NCBI GenBank assembly: GCA_965279375.1
Contig: OZ257156.1
Span: 5,152,001 to 5,216,000, forward strand
Direction: 5' to 3'
DNA from: Gemmatimonas sp.
Lineage (GTDB): Bacteria; Gemmatimonadota; Gemmatimonadetes; Gemmatimonadales; Gemmatimonadaceae
Length of the DNA stretch: 64,000 bases
The notes beneath the pieces were generated by a model. It had not been told where the DNA came from. It did not search any database and worked only from the letters and a program-made list of their open reading frames with translations. Below, in pieces: positions 19,551 to 28,926 of this stretch. The position numbers and the translations under genes were made by a program. How positions within the stretch are numbered: position 1 is the first letter of the stretch; each line of letters opens with the position of its first letter.

Positions 19551-21845
19551 TTACTCCGCTCGCTCTGGCGTGGCAGGTCTTGAGTTGAGCGCACGAGACA
19601 CGGCGTCCAGCAGCTCTGCGTTGTGGAACGGCTTGGGAAGATACGGAGTTTCGGAGATCGACATACCGTCGAGCAGCAGCTCGTCGCCCGGAAAGCCGCT
19701 CATGAAGAGCACACCAATGTTCGGACGGCGGCGCAGTACCTCACGCGCAACGCGTGGGCCGGACATGCCGGGCATGACGACGTCGGTCAGCAGCAGATCG
19801 ATTTCCCCCAGCCCCGAGAGCGCCTGCAGTGCGGCCTCTCCATCCGCGAACGACGCGACCTGGTGCCCGACCGACGTGAGTATGCGAGCCGTGGCGGCAC
19901 GCACTGCCGCATCGTCCTCGACGAGCAATACGCGAGCGCGCTGCACCTGCTGCGTCGGCGATGGAGCGACCACCTCTACAGTCGCGGGCTGTTCCCGCGT
20001 GCTGGGTAGGTAGATCGACACGGTCGTACCATGTCCGACCGCGCTCTCGATGCGAATGGTGCCCCCCGCCTGCTGCATCAGTCCATACGCAAGCGTGAGC
20101 CCCAGCCCCGTGCCGCGTCCACGATCCTTCGTGGTATAGAACGGCTCGAAGACGCGCGAGCGCACCTCGGGCGCAATACCGACGCCATTGTCCGACGCCG
20201 TAACGAGGACCCACTCACCGTCCTGTATGCCGACCAGCGCCGCTTCCTCGCGATCGAGACTCACCACCGTAGTGGAGAGACGGAACTGCCCACCATCGGG
20301 CATCGCGTCACGCGCGTTGGCAGCAAGGTTCACGATCACCTGCTCGAACTGGCTGCGATCGATCAACACTACGCTCGGCGGCGGCGCAATCTGCAGCGAC
20401 AGACGGATTGTGTCGCCGAGCATGCGATCGATGAGCGTGGAGATGCCGTTGACCAGTTCGCTCATCTCGACCAGTTGCGGCTGCACGACTTGCTTGCGAC
20501 TGAAGACGAGAATCTGTCGCGTCAGTTGCGTCGCGCTCTCCGCGGACTTGATCACCTCTTCGATGCCGGTACGCGCGCGCTGCTCCTTGGGCAGGTCGGC
20601 GAGGGCCAGCTCCGAGTAGGCGATGATCGCCGTGAGGTAGTTGTTGAAGTCGTGCGCGATACCGCCCGCGAACGCGCCGAGCGCATCCATCTTCTGCGAG
20701 TGACTCAACTGCTCGAGCGACTGGGCCAGGGCAGCGTTACGGTCCACCACCGTGTCGGCAAGCCGATTGAACGCCACGGCGAGCTGTCCGACTTCATCGT
20801 TGGTTTCGACGGTTGTGCGCCGCGACAGATCGCCGTCCGCATAGGCGACGGCCGCCGCCGTCAGCGACTCGATCGGCCCGACGACGCGACCGATGATGCG
20901 ATTGCCGATCCAGAGCAGCACGCCGATGATCAGCGCCGCAACAACGAGGTCCTGCACGAACTGTCGCCGTGCCTCGTCGAGCGTGTATTTGGAGGGAATG
21001 CCGACGAACACGGTCCACGGCGCGCTCTTCGTGCGATGAAAACCGACGAGGCGTGTGAGGCCATCCATCGATTTGCCAAGGGTCACGCTCTCTTCGAACG
21101 GCAGGTCGTCGCGCACGGAGCTATTGACCTCGAACTTGCGACCGACCCAGTGATCCGGATCGAGAGAACGAATCAGCACGGTGGCGGTGGTATCCAGCAC
21201 CGTGAGCACGGAGCTGTCCGGCAGACTGCGCGCTACCTTGACCGCCTCGAGCGAGTCCACATGTACCGACGCGAGGAGGATGCTGCGCACACGGCCGCTG
21301 TCCCTGGCGGTCGGTGGGGCGAGCATCGGCATGGCGAACACCAGCACCCATGGAGCGCCCGGAACGGTACGGGACCGATACGCTTGTCCGACGGTGAACG
21401 ACTTCGTGCGCATCGCCTCGCGAAAATACGGGCGGCCCGCAAACGTCACTCCCTCCGAGCTCGCTTGGGTGGGCAGCGCGGTCGCGGTCGTGAGGCCCAG
21501 CGTGTCGAGCATCCAGATGTTCGTGAAACGCATGGGCGTCTTCACGTACATCGTGGCGAGCTTCACGGCGTTGCCGAGGCTGTCGCTTGGATCCGGCAGG
21601 AGCTCCGCAAGCGTGGCGAGCAGAATGTGCGATTCATCGATGGTCGCATCGAGTGAGCGGGCCGCCGACACCGCCAGCTCCAGCGCCCGCGTCTTGACGA
21701 TGCGCTCCTCGGCAAGCCGTCCCTCGTACGCGCGAGCGATGGCCACGAGCACGAGTCCCACGCCCAGGACGGCCATGATGCGGCGGAATCGACGACGCAG
21801 GCTTGTTCTCTGACTGGTCGACCACGTAGCGGGAGAGGCGTGCAC
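19551..21845 (-). CDS. Cache/HAMP hybrid sensor histidine kinase with REC
   Basis: TM, dCache-like region (RPYFREAM), TM, HAMP (DEVGQLAVAFN), AHDFNN, NLAANARDAM, DVVMPGMSG. Confidence 0.92.
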   Translation of the reverse strand: MHASPATWSTSQRTSLRRRFRRIMAVLGVGLVLVAIARAYEGRLAEERIVKTRALELAVSAARSLDATIDESHILLATLAELLPDPSDSLGNAVKLATMYVKTPMRFTNIWMLDTLGLTTATALPTQASSEGVTFAGRPYFREAMRTKSFTVGQAYRSRTVPGAPWVLVFAMPMLAPPTARDSGRVRSILLASVHVDSLEAVKVARSLPDSSVLTVLDTTATVLIRSLDPDHWVGRKFEVNSSVRDDLPFEESVTLGKSMDGLTRLVGFHRTKSAPWTVFVGIPSKYTLDEARRQFVQDLVVAALIIGVLLWIGNRIIGRVVGPIESLTAAAVAYADGDLSRRTTVETNDEVGQLAVAFNRLADTVVDRNAALAQSLEQLSHSQKMDALGAFAGGIAHDFNNYLTAIIAYSELALADLPKEQRARTGIEEVIKSAESATQLTRQILVFSRKQVVQPQLVEMSELVNGISTLIDRMLGDTIRLSLQIAPPPSVVLIDRSQFEQVIVNLAANARDAMPDGGQFRLSTTVVSLDREEAALVGIQDGEWVLVTASDNGVGIAPEVRSRVFEPFYTTKDRGRGTGLGLTLAYGLMQQAGGTIRIESAVGHGTTVSIYLPSTREQPATVEVVAPSPTQQVQRARVLLVEDDAAVRAATARILTSVGHQVASFADGEAALQALSGLGEIDLLLTDVVMPGMSGPRVAREVLRRRPNIGVLFMSGFPGDELLLDGMSISETPYLPKPFHNAELLDAVSRALNSRPATPERAE

Positions 21846-21917
21846 CGAGCGATTGTACGCATGGTGCTGCCGCAGTTCAATAGCGTGGGCCGAGTCGTTC
21901 TCTCACCATGGAAACGT

Positions 21918-22643
21918 ATGGATTCCCTCTACCATCACACGGAGCACCCGCCGCATCACGAAGAGCATTTCACCGGCAACGAGATGGTCCGCGATGTAGT
22001 CATCGGGATGTCCGATGGATTGACGGTACCGTTCGCGTTGGCGGCCGGAATCTCCGGCGCAGTGGCCGCGACTGGGCTGGTCGTAACGGCGGGGCTGGCG
22101 GAGATCGCAGCGGGCTCGATCGCGATGGGGCTCGGCGGCTATCTCGCCGCGCGCAGCGAGGAGGAGCACTACCACAGCGAGCTTCGACGCGAAGAGATAG
22201 AGATCGTCGAAAAGCCCGACGCCGAGCGGCGCGAGGTGCGCGAGGTGCTGGAGCAGTACGGCCTGACGCCCGACGAAAGCGCGCTGGTGATGTCGGGACT
22301 GGAGCGTCGGCCCGAAGCCTGGCGCGATTTCATGATGCGCTTTGAATTGGGACTCGAAGAGCCGGACCCCAAGCGCGCGCTGCGCAGCGCCGTGACGATC
22401 GCTGCTGCGTACATCGTCGGCGGGTTCGTTCCGCTGGCACCGTACATGGTCTACTCGGACGATGCGCCGAAAGCGTTGATCGTCTCGATTGTCGTCACAC
22501 TGATCGCACTGGCGCTCTTCGGCTGGATGAAGGGACGCTTTACTGGTGTGTCACCGTTCAAGAGCGGCGCGCAGACGGTCACGATTGGCGGGCTCGCGGC
22601 GGGTGCCGCGTTCGGTATCGCGCGACTGATCGAAGCGCATTGA
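21918..22643 (+). CDS. VIT1/CCC1-family Fe/Mn transporter
   Basis: RDVVIGMSDGLTVPFALAAG, GSIAMGLGGYLAA, FMMRFELGL; His-rich N-terminus. Confidence 0.93.
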   Translation: MDSLYHHTEHPPHHEEHFTGNEMVRDVVIGMSDGLTVPFALAAGISGAVAATGLVVTAGLAEIAAGSIAMGLGGYLAARSEEEHYHSELRREEIEIVEKPDAERREVREVLEQYGLTPDESALVMSGLERRPEAWRDFMMRFELGLEEPDPKRALRSAVTIAAAYIVGGFVPLAPYMVYSDDAPKALIVSIVVTLIALALFGWMKGRFTGVSPFKSGAQTVTIGGLAAGAAFGIARLIEAH

Positions 22644-22665
22644 CGGAGCGTGGGTGCGGAATGCA

Positions 22666-22700
22666 ACGAAGGCCGCCGGCATGATGCCGGCGGCCTTCGT
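22666..22700. terminator. Hairpin between convergent VIT1 and csp genes, likely a bidirectional terminator
   Basis: ACGAAGGCCGCCGGCAT-G-ATGCCGGCGGCCTTCGT, a perfect inverted repeat. Confidence 0.8.
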
Positions 22701-22726
22701 CATTCGCGGATCGCGAGATCTGCGGA

Positions 22727-22939
22727 TTAACCGCGGATCTTCGTGACCTGCTCGGCCGCGGGACCCTTCTGACCCTGAACGATGTCGAACTCGACGCGCT
22801 CGCCTTCGGCCAGAGTGCGGAAGCCGCCACCCTGAATCGCCGAGTGGTGGACGAAGCAATCCTTCGAGCCATCGTCGGGCGTGATGAAACCAAAGCCCTT
22901 GGCGTCGTTGAACCACTTCACCTTGCCGGTCGTACGCAT
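22727..22939 (-). CDS. Cold-shock protein (CspA family)
   Basis: [20 protein letters not shown]...CFVHHSAIQ...GQKGPAA; AGGAG RBS. Confidence 0.97.
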   Translation of the reverse strand: MRTTGKVKWFNDAKGFGFITPDDGSKDCFVHHSAIQGGGFRTLAEGERVEFDIVQGQKGPAAEQVTKIRG

Positions 22940-23178
22940 GGCACTGCTCCTGTTGCTGTGTGTTCGGAGTCCGGCCCTGCCGTACGCACCGAGCACTCGT
23001 TTTCCGCGGACATGACCCCCGCGTGGGGTTGCCGGCATCCGTCGACGCCGGCCCAACACATCACCCAATCCGTAGAGCGCAAAAACGGGGACCCGCGCGC
23101 AGCTAGGTCCCCGAGGTCGCCCGCCTGCATTCGTGTCCGCGCGCCTTAACGCGCACATCTTGAATTTTGTGCTCCAAG

Positions 23179-23207
23179 ACGCTAGCACGGTCCGGACGAA
23201 CTGTCAA
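23179..23207 (-). promoter_or_regulatory. Sigma70 promoter for csp (TTGACA-N17-TAGCGT with extended TG)
   Basis: Minus strand reads TTGACA gttcgtccggaccgTGc TAGCGT, implying a leader of about 230 nt. Confidence 0.7.
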
Positions 23208-23343
23208 CGGGAATTTTTGGCACGCCTGTCAACCCACTGCAACGGCGTTCACCCCGTGCCGTCCGACCCCCTGCCTCGTCAGCCTACAGGGCATCGGACA
23301 GAGGTCCGCCCCCGAGAATTCGCCCTCGCGACCGGACGCCCCC

Positions 23344-23505
23344 ATGCAACGATTGCTGATCACCCTCGCCACCTTCGTCCTCGGCAGCCTTGGCTGGTAC
23401 CTCGGCGAAGGGTTCGGCTATTTCACCGCCTTCGCGCTCTCGATGGTGGGCACCGGTGCCGGCGTGTACGTGGGGAAACAGCTCAACGACCGCTGGGGTG
23501 TCTGA
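23344..23505 (+). CDS. Small two-TM membrane protein (53 aa)
   Basis: MQRLLITLATFVLGSLGWYLGEGFGYFTAFALSMVGTGAGVYVGKQLNDRWGV; GC-rich third codon positions. Confidence 0.7.
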   Translation: MQRLLITLATFVLGSLGWYLGEGFGYFTAFALSMVGTGAGVYVGKQLNDRWGV

Positions 23506-23583
23506 GTGGCTGGCGCCTGACGCCGCTTTACAGCCGCCGCGTTTGCCGCCAACCTCAAGGCACCCTCACTCTCCGGAGCGAAC

Positions 23584-23763
23584 ATGAAGGACTCGCAGCT
23601 GAAGGCCCTGATCAAGAAGACGGCCGCGAAGGCCGCCCAGCCGAAGAAGCAGATCCGCCCCTCCTTCGACCCCACCCTCGAAGCGACCCGCGGCGGCAAG
23701 GAGCCCATTTCCGGCACCGAGGCCGAAGAGATCTTCAAGGAAATGAAGCGGAGAGAGTTCTAA
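23584..23763 (+). CDS. Small basic hypothetical protein (59 aa)
   Basis: Manual translation MKDSQLKALIKKTAAKAAQPKKQIRPSFDPTLEATRGGKEPISGTEAEEIFKEMKRREF; GGAG RBS; strong codon bias. Confidence 0.75.
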   Translation: MKDSQLKALIKKTAAKAAQPKKQIRPSFDPTLEATRGGKEPISGTEAEEIFKEMKRREF

Positions 23764-23893
23764 AGGGGATTCCCTGACGCGGCTGTGGGGAGCAGAGCCG
23801 CCTTTCTGCACCTTCGCCTGACTTTCTTCCGGGCGACATAAGGCGATGCTCATGTCGAGATGCGATTCAGGTTCACCCTTGCCTTCTCGACTC

Positions 23894-24322
23894 ATGCTCT
23901 CTGCCACTGCTGAACATGCCCTGCGCGCGGTGCTCTTCGTCGCGCAGTTCCCCGACCAGACCACCATCGCGTCGGATACCGTCGCGGTTGCCCTCGGCGC
24001 TCCGCGCAACTACCTCGCGAAGACGCTGAATGCGCTCGCCAAGGCGGGCGTCCTGCGCAGCAGTCGCGGCCCAGGAGGCGGATTCTCGCTCGCGGTGCCG
24101 CCAGAACAGCTGACGATCGCTCAGGTGATTGCGCCGTTCACCGAGCAGTCCAAGCTGCCCGTCTGCCTGTTGCACAATCGGCCGTGCGATACCGCGACAC
24201 CCTGCGGTGCACACGCGCAGTGGAGCAGCATCCGCACCAATTTCGTGCAGACGTTCGCGAACACCACGATCGCCGATCTGCTCGTTGGCGCACCGGAAGT
24301 CGCCGTCGCTGCAATCGCCTGA
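23894..24322 (+). CDS. Rrf2-family transcriptional regulator, probably Fe-S binding
   Basis: AEHALRAV, YLAKTLNALAKAGVLRSSRGPGGGFSL, C-x6-C-x5-C-x2-H. Confidence 0.9.
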   Translation: MLSATAEHALRAVLFVAQFPDQTTIASDTVAVALGAPRNYLAKTLNALAKAGVLRSSRGPGGGFSLAVPPEQLTIAQVIAPFTEQSKLPVCLLHNRPCDTATPCGAHAQWSSIRTNFVQTFANTTIADLLVGAPEVAVAAIA

Positions 24323-24380
24323 TCACGCTTGAGCACGGCGACGGAGGAAACTTCCGCCACCCTCGCGCGTACGACCGCGC

Positions 24381-26261
24381 ATGAATCCCCCACACGGCCA
24401 GCCCTTCGTTGAGCTGCAGCGCGCGGTCGCTGGTCGTTTCTCGCTCGAGCGCGAGCTCGGGCGAGGTGGGATGGGTATCGTCTATCTCGCACACGACGTG
24501 CAGCTCGAACGCCCGGTGGCGATCAAGCTCCTCGCGCCGGCGCTGGCCGCGAATCGTGACATGCGACGCCGTTTCCTGCGCGAAGCACGCATCGCGGCCC
24601 AGTGTTTTCATCCGCACATCGTGCCCATTCACGCGGTCGAAGAAGTGGGCGATCTCGCCTTCTTCGTCATGGCGTACGTGCAAGGCGAGACACTCGCCGA
24701 ACGGTTGCATCGCACCGGACCGCTGCGACATGAGCTCATTCAGCGCGTCGGACGCGATGTCGGCTGGGCGCTCGCCTACGCGCACGAACGCGGCGTGGTT
24801 CACCGCGACGTCAAACCGGAGAACATTCTCCTCGAAGACGGCACCGAACGCGCTCTGATCATGGATTTCGGCATTGCCGTACGCGACGATATCGAAATCA
24901 CGCCGCGCCCAAGCGAAGTCTCGGGCACTCCTCGCTTCATGGCCCCGGAACAGGCGCTCGGCGAACCGCTCGATGGACGCGCCGATCTCTATGCATTAGG
25001 CGTCACGCTCCATCTCGCCGCCACTGGGCGATTGCCTTTCGATGGACGCAGCGCGCTGCAGCAACTCATCGCGGGCGCGCCTGCGCCATCGCGGACGGTG
25101 CGCGCGACTGCACCCGCGCTGCCAGTGTCGCTGGCCGATGCGATCGACAAGTGCCTGTCACGCCGCGCCGAGGATCGTTTTGAGAGCGCAGCCGCATTCG
25201 TGCAGGCCATTTCGGACGCCGGAAACGCGCCTCCGATTCCACCGATGCTCCGTCCCGCCGCGTCGAGTGCGAGCGGTGCCCGCGCCTTCGTGTACTGGGC
25301 GCTGGTGTGCATGACGACCACAGTGCTACTCGCAACTGGCGAAACGCACGGATCGCTCGGCATGGCCATACTCTGGGATTTCAATCTCGCCTTCTGCGGC
25401 GTGCTGGTCTTCGCAGGCGCGCTACTCGGAGGCGAGGCGTTGCTGCGTGCGCGACGGGCAATCAGCGCCGGCGCGAGTCCGCACGATGTCGTGCGCAGTC
25501 TGGGCGGTGCGTTGCACACCGATCCATCGCCGCCGCGCACGGTGCGCCACCTCGGAGGACTGCTGGCAGGGGCAGGATTCGCGCTGCTCCAAGGAAAGCT
25601 CTCCCGGCTGCACGGCATGCCGGAGTTGGCCGAGAGTTTGTTGCAGACCGCGCTGGTGGTCGCGCCGCCGCTGCTGATCGGCCGCAGCGTTCAGGGTCTC
25701 TGGCGCGGCAGCCGCGCGGAGCGTTGGATCAACGCGCACGTTACGACACCGCTACTCACGAAAGTCACGCGCTGGATCGGCCGCGGCGTGGTACACCGCG
25801 CGGACACGCGCGCGTTGCCGGCGACCGCGCCAACGGAAGTGCGCCTCGGCAACGCCGCCGATGAGATCCTCGCCCGCTTGTCTCCTGCGTTGCAGCGCGA
25901 ACTGCGCGCGATCCCCGACGCGGCATCGGCACTCGTCCGCGAAGCGGAAGCGCTGCGTCAACGCGACGCCGCTCTCGCCGTGGAAGGACGCAGCCTTCGC
26001 AGCAGCGCAGCCAGCGATGCGATCACCCGATTGGCGAGCGTGGACGCGCAACGCAGTCAGGTGCAGGCACGGCTGGCCACCACGGTGGCCGCACTCGAGA
26101 CCATCCGGCTGGACCTGCTTCGCTTGGAGAACGGCGACGGCACGACGGGCGACCTGACCGAGCATCTGGAAGTCGCGAAAGACTTGCAGCGGCGCGTCGA
26201 TGCGGTCGCCGAAGTGCGCGCCATGCTGCGCGCGCGTGCGCCGGAGCTCACGCCGGTCTGA
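24381..26261 (+). CDS. Membrane-associated Hanks-type Ser/Thr protein kinase
   Basis: GRGGMGIV, VAIK, HRDVKPEN, DFG, GTPRFMAPEQ, DLYALG; then TM helices and a C-terminal coiled coil. Confidence 0.93.
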   Translation: MNPPHGQPFVELQRAVAGRFSLERELGRGGMGIVYLAHDVQLERPVAIKLLAPALAANRDMRRRFLREARIAAQCFHPHIVPIHAVEEVGDLAFFVMAYVQGETLAERLHRTGPLRHELIQRVGRDVGWALAYAHERGVVHRDVKPENILLEDGTERALIMDFGIAVRDDIEITPRPSEVSGTPRFMAPEQALGEPLDGRADLYALGVTLHLAATGRLPFDGRSALQQLIAGAPAPSRTVRATAPALPVSLADAIDKCLSRRAEDRFESAAAFVQAISDAGNAPPIPPMLRPAASSASGARAFVYWALVCMTTTVLLATGETHGSLGMAILWDFNLAFCGVLVFAGALLGGEALLRARRAISAGASPHDVVRSLGGALHTDPSPPRTVRHLGGLLAGAGFALLQGKLSRLHGMPELAESLLQTALVVAPPLLIGRSVQGLWRGSRAERWINAHVTTPLLTKVTRWIGRGVVHRADTRALPATAPTEVRLGNAADEILARLSPALQRELRAIPDAASALVREAEALRQRDAALAVEGRSLRSSAASDAITRLASVDAQRSQVQARLATTVAALETIRLDLLRLENGDGTTGDLTEHLEVAKDLQRRVDAVAEVRAMLRARAPELTPV

Positions 26262-26345
26262 GAGGGAGACGGCGCATGGCGCAGTGCTCTCCCTGCCGCT
26301 CGCGAGCGACCGGTCGCGCCGCGCGCCGATGTGTCACGCGCGACG

Positions 26346-27401
26346 TTACGGCTCGCGCCGATAGTACAGATCGAGCAGTTCGTCGTCGCCCGGTACGCGG
26401 AAGCGCACCCGGACGCCCCGTGCATCGGTACGCGCGGTGTGCGACAGAGGACTGATGTATTCTGACGTGAACAGCAGGTCGTCCGCTCTGGTGCTCACCA
26501 GTCCGCGATCGTACTCGCCCATGCGCGCGCGCACCTGCATGTCACGCCGGCCTCCGATGTCGCGCACGGCGTACTCCACGGCGCGTACGGTGATTTGATA
26601 TCGGGGCACAATGCCCTGACTCAGCGTGAGCGTGCCGTCTTCCATCCAGACTTCGTGGTACTCGCGCTGGCCATCCCAGCTCACAGTGTCTGCGTGTAGA
26701 AGCTTGGGCAGACGCACCCCGCCAAGGTGTGTGAGCGTGAAGACTTCCGCGTCCGGTGAGGGCGGCGCCTCTCCGACCACTTCCACTCGTAGCGACCCGG
26801 AGACGCCCTCCGTCGTCGCGCGCACGAACGTCATGCCCGCCCGCTTCGCGATCACGCGACCTGCCGCGTCGATCGACGCGATCGTGTTGTCATCGCTCGA
26901 GAGCTGCACTGCTCGGCCGAGTAGGTCACGGCCACCCTCCCCCTGCACGCGAACACCGAGCGGCGTCTGCGCACCGACAACCAGCTTGAGTAGTGGCATG
27001 CCTGGATTCACCGTCACGGTGCGAACCGCGGAGCGATACACGGTTAGGGTACGCGTGGCGGATTGCAGTCCATTCCGCACCGTCACGTTCAACGTGCCGG
27101 CGCGATACACCGTGAGCGTACCACCGGCGGTGATGTCGCCGCGCGTCGTATCGCTCACCGACCAGACGAAGGCGCCACCGGGAATCGAGCCGCCGGCGGA
27201 GTCGCGCTGTACCGCTGCGAGGGTAACGACGTCACCTTCGTAGATCGTTGAGTCGGGCACAATCAATTCGAGGCGCGCTGGCCGCGGCGCGGGCGCCGTC
27301 GCGCTGTCGCTGCCGCACGCAGTGGCGAGCAGAAGCAGCGCGGTGATGGCTGCGGTGGCAATGTGCTCCAAGGACACGAAAGGTCTTGCATAAGCGTTCA
27401 T
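26346..27401 (-). CDS. Lipoprotein with bacterial Ig-like (Big_2-like) domains
   Basis: Lipobox LATAC; WSVSDTT..IT..G and SSDDNTIASIDAAGRVIA repeats. Confidence 0.75.
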   Translation of the reverse strand: MNAYARPFVSLEHIATAAITALLLLATACGSDSATAPAPRPARLELIVPDSTIYEGDVVTLAAVQRDSAGGSIPGGAFVWSVSDTTRGDITAGGTLTVYRAGTLNVTVRNGLQSATRTLTVYRSAVRTVTVNPGMPLLKLVVGAQTPLGVRVQGEGGRDLLGRAVQLSSDDNTIASIDAAGRVIAKRAGMTFVRATTEGVSGSLRVEVVGEAPPSPDAEVFTLTHLGGVRLPKLLHADTVSWDGQREYHEVWMEDGTLTLSQGIVPRYQITVRAVEYAVRDIGGRRDMQVRARMGEYDRGLVSTRADDLLFTSEYISPLSHTARTDARGVRVRFRVPGDDELLDLYYRREP

Positions 27402-27512
27402 AGGGTCTCCATTCCTGATATTTCCGTCCGTCGTTCGTACGCACTACTCCACGTCGATGATTCGTGTCACTGTGTGCTCGCGAAAAGCGCTGCACGCGTG
27501 TGAGATTGAGAG

Positions 27513-28286
27513 ATGGCCAACGACTTGTCCGCTGCCGATGGCGTTCGACCCTTTCTGACCGCCTCGTGGCACGACCTGGTGATCGTCAGCTGGTCAATTG
27601 ACCCGGGCATGCTTCGCCCGTTTCTCGCACCGGGCACGACGCTCGATCTCTGGAAGGGTGATGCGATCGTCAGCCTCGTCGCATTCGACTTTCGCGACAC
27701 GCGCGTCCTTGGGTTCCGCATCCCCTTTCACGTCCGATTCCCCGAAGTGAACCTGCGCTTCTACGTGAAGCGCACGATGCCCGACGGTGAAGTCCGTCGC
27801 GGTGTGACGTTCGTGCAAGAGATGGTGCCGCGTCCGGCGATCGCGTGGGTGGCGCGCACCTTCTATGGCGAGCCGTATATCGCGCGCCCCATGCGCCAGG
27901 CCGCTGTCCCGGAAGCACCGCTCACCAACCCCGACTCCACGGCCACACGCTCACTCGTGTACGAATGGAAGCGCCAGGGCGAGTGGGAGCGCGTGATCGC
28001 GCTCATGGATGGTCCACCACGGCCAATGCGGCGCAACTCGACGGAAGAGTTCATCGCCGAGCACTACTGGGGATACACGCGACGCAGCCACAAGCCAACG
28101 CTCGAATACCGCGTGCAGCATCCGCGCTGGAACATCAGCTTGGCCGCCGACTGTCTGATCGAAGCCGACCTCGAATCACTCTATGGCGGTGGATTCGCCA
28201 AAGCGCTCGATGCGCCTCCGCTCTCGACCTTTGTGGCGGAAGGGTCCCCGGTGGCAGTATATCCCGGGCAGCCGATCGTTCCCTGA
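27513..28286 (+). CDS. DUF2071/YqjF-family protein
   Basis: FLTASWHDL, VSLVAFDF, FPEVNLRFYV, FIAEHYWGY, YRVQHPRW. Confidence 0.88.
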   Translation: MANDLSAADGVRPFLTASWHDLVIVSWSIDPGMLRPFLAPGTTLDLWKGDAIVSLVAFDFRDTRVLGFRIPFHVRFPEVNLRFYVKRTMPDGEVRRGVTFVQEMVPRPAIAWVARTFYGEPYIARPMRQAAVPEAPLTNPDSTATRSLVYEWKRQGEWERVIALMDGPPRPMRRNSTEEFIAEHYWGYTRRSHKPTLEYRVQHPRWNISLAADCLIEADLESLYGGGFAKALDAPPLSTFVAEGSPVAVYPGQPIVP

Positions 28287-28305
28287 CCGCCGCCGCCCAC
28301 CACCG

Positions 28306-28902
28306 ATGCGCCCTTACCGACATTTTCGCCGTCGCGGCCTGTTCGCGGCCCTCTTCGCCAGCGCCGCACTGGCCGCGTGCGGCGGCAAGGACTTGCCCGC
28401 GGCGGATACGCTCCGCACGACCGGCGCCGCCTCCCCGAGCGCCGACGCGACGACCGGTCTGCGCGTCCGTAGCGCCCCTGGCTCCGACACCGTGCTCATC
28501 GAAGGAGTGTGGTCCGACGCGGCAGAGCGCTCCAACTGGACCGCAGCGGCGATTCGTGGCTTCATCGTTCGCATTGAAGAGCGTGCGCCTGTCGGCGGCG
28601 ACGATTCGTTCACGCGGCACTTTGCCTTCGACTCCACCGGACAGCTTGTACACGCCGACGATGTCCGCTCGCAGATGGTCGCGAACCCCAGTGCATCGCC
28701 AAGCCTGATGCACGTCGAATCCACGATCGCTTTTCGTGCTGGGGAAGTCGTGAGGGCCAACAAGACGGTCGATGGCGTCCCCGAGCCCGTGCAGCAGTGG
28801 GATATCGAGAACGTGCAGCGCCACGCCGCCGCCCTGCTGGCACTCGCGCGCCCCGGAATCCCGTCTGCCGGCGCGCCCGCTGCCGGTACTTCCCGCCCCT
28901 GA
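28306..28902 (+). CDS. Hypothetical lipoprotein
   Basis: Basic N-region (FRRRG), hydrophobic stretch, lipobox LAAC. Confidence 0.65.
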   Translation: MRPYRHFRRRGLFAALFASAALAACGGKDLPAADTLRTTGAASPSADATTGLRVRSAPGSDTVLIEGVWSDAAERSNWTAAAIRGFIVRIEERAPVGGDDSFTRHFAFDSTGQLVHADDVRSQMVANPSASPSLMHVESTIAFRAGEVVRANKTVDGVPEPVQQWDIENVQRHAAALLALARPGIPSAGAPAAGTSRP

Positions 28903-28926
28903 GTCCGCACCAGACCCATTCCTCCC

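Noticed and set aside
20031..21656. Long alternative-frame ORFs here and elsewhere (e.g. 15137-16609, 29902-31290, 34671-36254, 41211-42650)
   Set aside because: They overlap well-supported genes on the opposite strand and are expected in high-GC DNA with few stop codons.
23218..23234. Sigma54 promoter (TGGCAC)
   Set aside because: No TTGC at the required -12 position.
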